64,000 nt of DNA. Origin: Octopus sinensis. Lineage: Eukaryota. Location of the stretch: assembly GCF_006345805.1 (NCBI RefSeq), contig NC_043000.1:98022001-98086000 (forward strand), in the 5' to 3' direction. Shown here piece by piece: positions 54,999-64,000 of this stretch. The translations under genes and the position numbers were made by a program. Within the stretch, counting starts at the first letter, position 1, and each line of letters begins with the position of its first letter. The notes below the pieces were generated by a model. The model saw only the letters and a program-made list of their open reading frames with translations, was not told the DNA's origin and ran no database searches.

Positions 54999-55465
54999 CT
55001 AATCCCTCAACTATTGCAGGTGTTATATTACAAAAACTACCGCGATAGCTGAATATCCATGAAATAGAAACAGTACTGTACTGTATATTTTATAAAATTA
55101 TTTTTATAATTTGTATTTATATATTTTATTATAAATGCAAAACGACACCATGCACTTCCCAAGTTTCGTTTTCCATATAGTATGTGCGATTCTTTGTTTA
55201 CTCATCTACGGTACACTACGTATTTTCTTTTAATATATTTCAATCAATGTGTTATACTGTGCATTATGTACTCTATTTTTATTTATTCATTTTTAGGTGT
55301 GAAAATGCTTATTTTGCCACAGAAATAATTAAAATCTAAAATAATATAAGTATCTATCGGCCATAGATAGATTTTATAGTTTTATACACAATATATTCAC
55401 ATTAAATTGCAGTCCTAGTTAGGGCTTCTTTGACTACTAAGTATATATTCATTCAATTCCCTTAA

Positions 55466-55675
55466 CCCTTTTGATACCAACCTGTCTGAAACTGCCTCTG
55501 GCTCTGTAGTACAAATGTCTTGTTTTCAAAAGTTTTGAATCAAAATCTTAGTCACAGTTTATGTTCCTAACACTAGCTTAATGATAACTAAGTTATTTAC
55601 AAAATTTTTTTGTTATATTTAAAATTAATTGAAAGAAACACAGAGCATCTCAACAGAAATATGGTAATAAAAGAG
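55466..55675 (+). mobile_element. piggyBac-like MITE
   Basis: TTAA on both sides; termini cccttttgatacc / ggtaataaaagag resemble the 40031-41117 TIRs. Confidence 0.75.
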
Positions 55676-56112
55676 TTAAATCCTTAACGGTCACCCTAAG
55701 TTTTAAACAATTTATATAGCCTTTGTCTGTCCTTGTTTGTCCCCTCTATGTTTAGCCCTTTGTGGGCAATAAAGAAATAAAAAAAAAGAAATAAAAAAAA
55801 ATATATAGCCACATAGTATTTCACAGTAATTTCTGCTTTCATCTACATTCAGACCCTATGACTCCCTCACCTAAATTACACTTCGAACAGTACTTCCAAA
55901 CACTGAACTCTTTAATTTGCTTCAACTACCTGCAAGGGTACACCCTTGAATGTTGCTACATTGACATGTCTACCCTGGCTGAATTTATAATGCAAGTGAA
56001 TGAACAGGATACAATTAGATGCTATATCTTAGGACACTCATGCAGCAAAAGCACATGTTGGACTGAGATTTAATGTGAATGTATTTTTTTATGTCATGTG
56101 TGTGTGTGTATG

Positions 56113-56143
<31 letters not shown>

Positions 56144-56432
56144 ATTGAGATGTTGCTATTGAAGGAACAACAAATGCAAAAGAAAATAGTCATCATCAGA
56201 TTTGATGGACAACTAAGAAAGCAAATACATTACTTTTACAGTCTGTTTTTCTTCATTGTCTTACCATCTCTTTCTTTCTCATTTTCTTTCCTTCCCATTT
56301 TGCTCATTTTCTTCTCAGTCAATGACTGAGCTACATGATTATTGTTATTGTGTAAATGAGAATAAGATTTTCTTCAGCTCTGTAATGATACCATAATTGA
56401 TATTATAGTTGTTTTCTTACTTACTTACCCCG

Positions 56433-56434
<2 letters not shown>

Positions 56435-56518
<84 letters not shown>
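56435..56518. repeat. (CT)n microsatellite
   Basis: Pure CT run. Confidence 0.95.
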
Positions 56519-56521
<3 letters not shown>

Positions 56522-56984
56522 AGATTAAATGATAAATCTAAGACTACATACAAATACCATCACTGGCTTTTGGCTTGTAAGAAATACCAAGCAGACATTT
56601 TTTCAAATCCCTTACCATTATTTATAGCACATCTAAACTCAAAGTTTAATCCTTTCCTTCAAAGACTTATTCACTGATTAATCCAAATTCTGGCTCTTCT
56701 ACATTTGTTACAGTTTATAGCTTCTCCACTGATAGCTATCTGTATTATCTAAATAGACAAAACAGATTGGTAGATTGATAGACTGATTACTAGATAACTA
56801 GACAAGATTGCTGGATAAATTGACAGATTGATAAGATAGACAGGAGTTATCTAAGAAGTGCATTTAGCAGCACAATGTTCCTAGTTCAATTCCACTGGGC
56901 AGGACCATGTGCAAGAGTCTTCTATCATAGCCTCAAGTTAACCAATGTTTGAGTGAAATTTGATTGATGAAAATGATTGAATCC

Positions 56985-57185
56985 TGTCGGTGGCACGTCT
57001 CTGCTGGTGGCACGTAAAGAGCACCCACTACACTCAGAGTGGTTGCATTAGGAAGGCATCCAGCTGTAGAAACACTGCCAGATCAGACTGGAGCCTGGTG
57101 CAGCCTCCTGACTTCCCAGACCCCAGTTGAACTGTCCAACCCATGCTAGCATGGAAAATGGACGTTAAATGATGATGATGATGAT
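56985..57185 (+). mobile_element. RTE 3' UTR fragment fused behind a family A SINE head
   Basis: ggtggcacgtaaagagcacc..ccatgctagcatggaaaatggacgttaaatgatgatgat. Confidence 0.8.
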
Positions 57186-58339
57186 ATGTGAGTGTGTGAA
57201 TGCAAGTATATTTCTTTTATTATTGTATTGATTTGGAGAAAAGGCTTCTACCACAAACCGCACAACCCTCCATGATCATTGAGATCAATATGGTTAAAGT
57301 TTCTCCTCTTGTATATTTGAATATGCATGTTTGTGTGGCAATACTGGTACCGTATGTATATTGTATATTGGTGTAAATCAAATGGATTGAACAAAAATCA
57401 CTTATGGTGTTTAGACTCTGAGAAAGTAAACTGTCATTCAATAGAGATCGATAGAAAATAATGGTAGTAGACTATGTACTTGGGTTAGGGTACATGACTA
57501 GGAGTCTGGATGTTGGTTCCTCAGCATAGCTGCAGTTCAGAGCCTGAAACCATTAAAACAATATAATTTAGAAGTAATATTTTTAATGGTTTAGGGCAGG
57601 AGGAAGGGTTAATTCCCATGACCCTCTTAGGTCCTCAAACGCCGGAAAGATATTGGTTTCAAATTTTGGCACAAGGCCATCAATTTTGGGGGAGGGGTAA
57701 CTCAATTGCATTATCCCTAGTGCTCAACTGGTACTTGTATTATCGACCCTGAACAGATGAATTTGAATCAGAATGTAAAGCTGGATAAAATACCATTAAG
57801 CAATTAGCCTGGCGTGCCAATAATTCTGCCAGCTCACAGTCCCAGACACTGAAAAGACACTAATATCATGAATGTTCAACTTAAATTATCTGTAATTATG
57901 CAGGAGCGTGTGGTCAGTAGAAAGAGAATTCCAGAGAGGTGGTGCTCTGGAAAGAAAGGGTTGGAAAAATAGTTAGTGTGGGGTACTGGGACAGGTGGAA
58001 GGAGGCAGTCAAAAGGACAAGAAGAGGAAGAGAGGTTGGTTGTCCCAGCCTGAGGTGGTATGAAATTAGCTAGTTAAGAGGAGTGGAGGCTGTTATATTT
58101 GTGGTTGATAATAGAACATGCAGAAAGGAAGAAGAGGTGGTACATTTATGGGCCAGAGATTGTAACATGTTAGTGAGTTAGTAGTTTCCAACCTGTCAGC
58201 TGGCCTACTTTTGGATGTGATCTCTGATGCCTGTGTATGTTTGTAAAATTAGCAGAGAAATTAGTAATTTATCAAGTGATTTAATGCTGTTGGATGTTAT
58301 GATATTCTTTTTCATTGAAACCAATGTCTTTTATTTCAG

Positions 58340-58455
58340 ACTATTGAAAAGCTGCTATTTACTGCATTCCCTGCTCTGTCTGTGGCATTATGGATATGGG
58401 CAACAATGTCTGTTGTAAAACTAAGCCTGCTGCCTTATCTTACAATAGCCTTTGG
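58340..58455 (+). CDS. Internal coding exon D of the NEF1-like gene (TIEKLLFTAFPALSVALWIWATMSVVKLSLLPYLTIAF-G)
   Basis: tttcag acceptor; GG|gtaagt donor; 116 nt, phase 0 to phase 2. IEKLLF...WIWATMSVV resembles NEF1 LERLLF...FAWATISAV (recalled). Confidence 0.9.
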
Positions 58456-58895
58456 GTAAGTAATTCCCTTGTTGAAATACATTTATCATTTACTATCTTT
58501 TATGTTTGTGTTAACATGCAAAAATGGTTGTAAAGCTGCAGAAAAAACAAAAACAAGCATTCTCTTGCTATAATAGATTGTTTTTTTTTTATTTATTTAC
58601 TTTTTATTTTATAATTTATTCACTGTATAGACCAGAAATTTACTAATGCCATCAATTTTTACAATATAATACAAGGCTTTGGAAAATCCATATTAATGTT
58701 TGAACATCTTGAAAAACATGTTATTCATAATTTCGTTATACACAAGTTTGATTGCTAAAACATAAGTATGATTAATGAAACACAGTAAGCACTGAAAACA
58801 GACATGAATGAATGAATGTCTGTTTTCAATGAGTTGGATGAGTATATACTACTGACGCATCGTTTTACAACTGATGACTGAAGAGGATATCTATG

Positions 58896-59802
58896 GCAGA
58901 TCTGTTCACTCACAGATTTTAAAATTATTTTTTTTAACTAAACTGTTTGAAACTTCATGTACTGGTGTAATTTCTCATGCTCAACACAGTTTACTTTCAA
59001 CATTTTTGACAAAATTTTTTATTTTAGAAGTTATTTCATCTTAGAGTTGTCATATTGGGATAATTTTAACCAATCAACAACATGTATTCAATTGAAGAAA
59101 GTTACTGCTGTTTGCAATAGTAATCGAAGAGGAACAACTTCTGAGTCATCTTACTCTGCTTTATTCGTATGTTGAGCAAAGGATGAAGGGAAAGTGTTGC
59201 TCCTTGGTCATAGCTGACACAAAAGAGAAGCTTTCAGCCACAAGAAAGATGATGCCACCCTTATCCTTTCTTCTTTTCTAAGTCAGCATCATGCATTCCT
59301 TACTCTTTCCCACTGTACTGGCAGATAGCCACTTCTACACTATCAACTACCAACCAGTGAGCGAACTTGTCACCACTACTACTACAATTTCTGCTGTATC
59401 TCTAACTACATATTGGATAAACGAATAAATATATGTAAATAATATTTCTTCCTTGTTGGTGTTGATTTTTCAATGTTTACTAGTTACTCCGACACAAGAA
59501 CCCCCCCCCCAAAAAAAAAAACAGCGTGTAATATGCAACATAGGCAGTAAACAAAAAATGAAACAGAACAGAGTGGTACCATTTAGTAGAAATGACTCGG
59601 AGGTTGTTCCTCATTGATTGGTTAAAATTAGCCAAATATGACAACTTTAACATGAAGTAACTTCTAAAATACGAAATTTTGTCAAAAATGTTGAAAGTAA
59701 ACTGCTGAGCATGAGAAATTATACCAATATATGAACTTTCAAACTATTTAGTTAAAAAAAAATAATTAAAAAAAATCTGTGAGTGAAACTGAACAGATCC
59801 TC
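58896..59802. mobile_element. Long-TIR MITE with a 4-bp TSD (Sola-like)
   Basis: About 250-bp inverted repeats; right end cagatcctc (GAG terminus); TATG on both flanks (58892-58895, 59803-59806). Confidence 0.75.
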
Positions 59803-59989
59803 TATGGCTGATCACAACTATCCTTTACTTGACAGTAAATGCAGGTAAAATATTGTCAAGTAATATTTTATTTAATCATCAGTGCTTTCATATTTATCAC
59901 TTGAATCTACTTTTCAAAGAAATTAATATTTTTAATTTTGTCAAATTATTGTGAGCAACTTAGTACCGTTCATTTTAGGTGTCAGAAGG

Positions 59990-61330
59990 ATCCTGACTGT
60001 AGCTTCTGCAATACTGCCCCTCCTATCTGACCACGTATTATCTATTGCAGAAAACACTTGTTCAAGTATGAAGAAGACAAAGAATGTATTCTACAACACT
60101 AAGATTTTTCTTTACTAAATATGTTTTTCTTTGTAATGAGCAAAAATAAATTTGCTACTTTTCTTCATACTTAACGTTATGTGTTGTCCAGATTTCTATT
60201 TTGGAACTGCACAAAGCTCTTTGCAATAACTTCATCAAATAATTGATCAGTCTATATTACTTGTTTTCCAATTCTTTGGTCGAGATTAACTGCAGACTGT
60301 TCAATACTGGGCCAAGATGTGTCTTCAGAACTTAACCTTGCAATGTCTCCCACCAGTTCAAAGTGTTTTTTTCTTTTAGGTCTTGGTATGGCAGACATGT
60401 TTCATAAAAAAAAACTTTTATGTTTTTTCTTCACTTTTTCAATGCTTTCACCATTTTCTCCAAATTTTCTCAGCAAATTTTCTCTTCATTTTGAGGCACA
60501 AATTCACAGTTTTTCTATTTCTTCTCTATTTGTCATTAGATTTTGTATTTCTAGTTTGCTATCTGCTGTGTTGGAATTATTCTTTTCTATGGCCAGAATC
60601 AATTTATTGAAAAGGCCAAGCTGTCCATGTACAAACCATAAATACCTTTTCTCAAAAATCATTTTCAAAGAATTGTTTTATTTGTCATGGGCAGTGTTCT
60701 TGGTGACAAAAGTAAGATTTCAAACCCAGCAAAAATGTTAAGAATTCTTTCTGCTGCCTGTAACATTGACAAGACTAGTGTTACTATGTTATACTAGCTC
60801 TTTGTATTGCACTCCAGCAAAGACAGAAAATTTTCTTTAGCTGTGTTACATGAACTGTATATGTGAAATTATATATGAAAATTTTCAAAATAGTTGCTTT
60901 GGTGTCAATTGGTAATAGATCAACAGTTGTGCACAATGTGTGCAGCACAGCTAATGCTAACTAAGTCGCTTTCAAGTTTGTTTTTAATCAGTGTTTTTGT
61001 TGTACATCATCAACATTTGTGTTGCCCTTGTCTCCATGAAGTCCAACAATTTTTCCTGTCAAACTGTGATTGTCAATAACTGTGACTAGGGCATTAATCA
61101 AGGTCTCAACTATCTCAACTGGAAAAAGTCTGCATGTCCCAAAATTTAACTTCTATTCCTTAACCAGGAATGTAATACTAAATAATATAAAGTATCACTT
61201 AACATCTTTTTGATTTGAAGCATCCATAGAAATTATCGCAAAATTTGTTCTTGCTAGGTCTTTAGCAAACTCAGATTTAAAATCACATTTTGTCTACTCT
61301 TGATGAAACTTTAACTCAAAACGTTTTGAT
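59990..61330 (-). mobile_element. Degenerate hAT transposase relic
   Basis: Minus-strand peptides IVGLHGDKGNTNV, CAAHIVHNC, RILNIF..LKSYF..EHCP and LEQVFSAIDNTWSDRR (hAT dimerisation ERVFS-like). Confidence 0.75.
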
Positions 61331-62379
61331 CAGTTTTAATGAACATTTGGATGTCTTGAAATTCGTTTTATGAAAAACTGTAAAAAGACTTCACCAGGTG
61401 GTGCTATTAAGTTAGACATGGCCTGGGCCAATACTGGCCAAAATCTATCTAAGTTACTGTATTTGTGATTTAATTGTGAAGAGAAAATGGCATCAGTGGC
61501 TGTCACAGTGAGATTGTTTTTATTCTTTTTTTATTGATTATTCAGGAAGCAGGGGCAATGCTTATGACCCTTTACAAGACCTCTGTTAGTAGTAGGAGAG
61601 ATAGAGACAATGGTATAATCAAACTAGAGATCTGACCTGAATGCTTTTAACAGAGCTGACTTACCTCCAACCAAAGCACCCAAGGACCACAAGGTGTTGT
61701 TAAATTTTGAGACAGATTAAATCTGCCACCTAAATAGGCATCACTGGGATTTGAATCAAAAATGCTGAGAGTCAGGACAAACACTGCATGGCATTCCATT
61801 GAATGCTCTGATGGTTCTACTTGCCAACCACTCTAAACTGGTACATTATTTACTGACTCTTGAAGAATGAAAAGAAGGCATTTCATTCATCACTCTAATG
61901 ACACCATTTACCATCTGTAAGTTGATGTCTGAGGGGGGGGGGTAGGAAGGAGAAGAATCCATAGAGCTTGTCCACTAGGGAGAAAGAGTGTAGGTTGAAG
62001 GTGGTAGGATGCAGGCTATGAGCTAGTTGAGAGAAGCAGAGACTTTTGTGGTAGGGGTAAAATAGGCAAAGGAGGAAAGGAGGGGATAGAGAGAGTAAGA
62101 GCAACTGAAGGATAAGGTTTTAGTGGATTTTTTGCCCATCTTTAGGATGGCTAACATTTGGTTGTAAGCTAAGATGTTTGTGTATGATAGATGAAGGAGT
62201 AGTATTTTATTGTATGAGTCTTGCATGACATTTGCATTGTATTCGAACTTGGATCTATCTACAAATCAGTTGTCTGACATTGAATCCACACAGCCATTAC
62301 ATCTTCAAAGTGGAGAAGTTAAGGGCATTGGAGATGAAAAGAAAGGATGGTAGGGGATAAAGGCCAGGAAGAATGGATT

Positions 62380-62421
<42 letters not shown>

Positions 62422-63379
62422 TGCACTCATGACGCATGCACGCTCATACAAACAGACAGAGACAGAGGGTGTATATACAGAGAAAGGGAGAGAGAGTGGA
62501 CAGATAAGCAATGAAAGATAGAAATTGGAAGGGATGGAAAAGAAGAGAAGGAAGAGGAAGGAGAGAGGGGTATCAGAGAAAGTGTATGAAGTGTAAAAGG
62601 GTGAGATAAGTGTTAAGGCAAGATAATATGAGGGTGAAGGTAAAAATAACATCAAAAATGGGGATAGAATAAGAGGAGAGCAGCAGTGGTTTGTCAGCAG
62701 ACATAGTTATTAAAAGCTTAACTTTCTTCCTCCTCCCAGGTCATTCTTCTCCTTGAAGGAAACCATCTGTTAATTTTCTTTCTTTTTTTTTTTTGTTTAG
62801 CTAATTATCCAGTTGTTCAGACCATTATATTAGGACTTTTGCTGTTGTTGTTTAGCCCCGAGTCAGCCCTGACTGAGTTGACTTATTAATCAAAGTTATT
62901 CCCATAGTGACCATCTTGTCTTATTTTTTCTTTTCTTTTAAACTCGTTTGATACAACCCTTCTGAGACTACCCCTGGTTGTTTGAAACAAACCTCCCTGT
63001 TTTAAAGTGATTTAAATTAAAACTTCCCATCAAAATTTCATGTTATAAATGCCAGCTTAATGACAAAGATACTTGGATCTTTGTGGTTATCGTCATTGCA
63101 TGCCGGAATCTTTTAAAAAATGTTTCTAATGTGTCATATAGATGTAATTTTTGATGCTGAATCTGAATTTGTTATTCATTTATTGACAGAAAAATTTTGC
63201 CAAAATATCGAAGGTGTTCAAAGCCAATCAAAAAACAGCACATTCATTGCCTCTTCATCATCTGTCACAGTAGTGAGAAAGAGGGGAGGGGGCACAGACA
63301 TGTCAAAACATTAAACTAGCTACAGTAAACAGTGAAAAACATTAAAAGATTTGCAAGCAAATTAAATATTTAAAAGCTA

Positions 63380-63735
63380 AGAGCGTGTGGTAAGTAGCTT
63401 GCTTACCAACCACGTGGTTCTGGGTTCAGTCCCACTGCTATAGCTTTGGGCCAACCAAAGCCTTGTGAGAAGATTTGGTAGACGGAAACTGAAAGAAGCC
63501 TGTTGTATATATATGTATATGTTTGTGTGTCTGTTTGTCCCCCTCCCGCTACCACCACCATCGCATGACAATTGATGCTGGTATGTTTACATCCCTGTAA
63601 CTTAGCAGTTTGGCAAAAGCAACCAATAGAATACGTACTAGGCTTACAAAAGAATAAGTCCTGTGGTCTATTTGTTCAACTAAAGGCGGTGCTCCAGCAT
63701 GGCCTCAGTCAAATGACTGAAACAAATAAAAGAGT
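63380..63735 (+). mobile_element. SINE family A with CR1-like tail (part of the CORE-like region deleted)
   Basis: gtgtggtaagtagcttgcttaccaaccacgtggttctgggttcagtcccactgc head; tail ggcggtgctccagcatggcctcagtcaaatgactgaaacaaataaaaga. Confidence 0.85.
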
Positions 63736-64000
63736 AAGCCAATAGAAGTTACTAGAAATAACAATCAAAACATTGCTTAAAACAAACATTAAAACAAACT
63801 CATGAACGAAAGTTTACAATACACTAGGATTTTATCAAATAAATTATCTTTCTCATATCTCCTTCTCCACATGAGTTCACAAAGATAAGAGTCAACCATG
63901 GAGCAGTGTGTCCCACACCATCATTTGTTTCTACACTTTAAAGACGCCCAGGTACTCTCAATTTATTGATTACACTCAATTTGGTGGTTACACTCCTTGT

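Noticed and set aside
60319-60741. 140-aa hydrophobic plus-strand ORF
   Set aside because: Antisense to the hAT transposase relic.
62741-62835. Acceptor-like sites as the next NEF1-like exon
   Set aside because: The phase-2 continuation hits stop codons before any good donor; the next exon probably lies beyond the window.

Overview
AT-rich, repeat-dense eukaryotic DNA. The SINE families, (TA)n/(CA)n tracts and RTE LINE suggest a cephalopod, probably Octopus (inferred from repeat content only). The window is mostly intronic sequence of one + strand gene. Four short exons (16490-16558, 32570-32644, 46757-46874, 58340-58455) have canonical AG/GTAAG sites and splice in frame into a polytopic membrane protein. 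From memory, that protein closely resembles the N-terminal region of plant NO EXINE FORMATION 1 (NEF1). The remainder is mobile DNA. Retroelements: a nearly intact RTE LINE carrying a PHD-like zinc finger, a truncated RTE of a second subfamily, CR1-like and Penelope-like relics with hammerhead-like motifs, and many tRNA-derived SINEs whose tails match two different LINEs. DNA transposons: piggyBac, mariner, Tigger/pogo and hAT relics, Helentron-like elements and several long-TIR MITEs. Most short ORFs in the supplied track are microsatellite or antisense artefacts. No rRNA, true tRNA or CRISPR array was seen.
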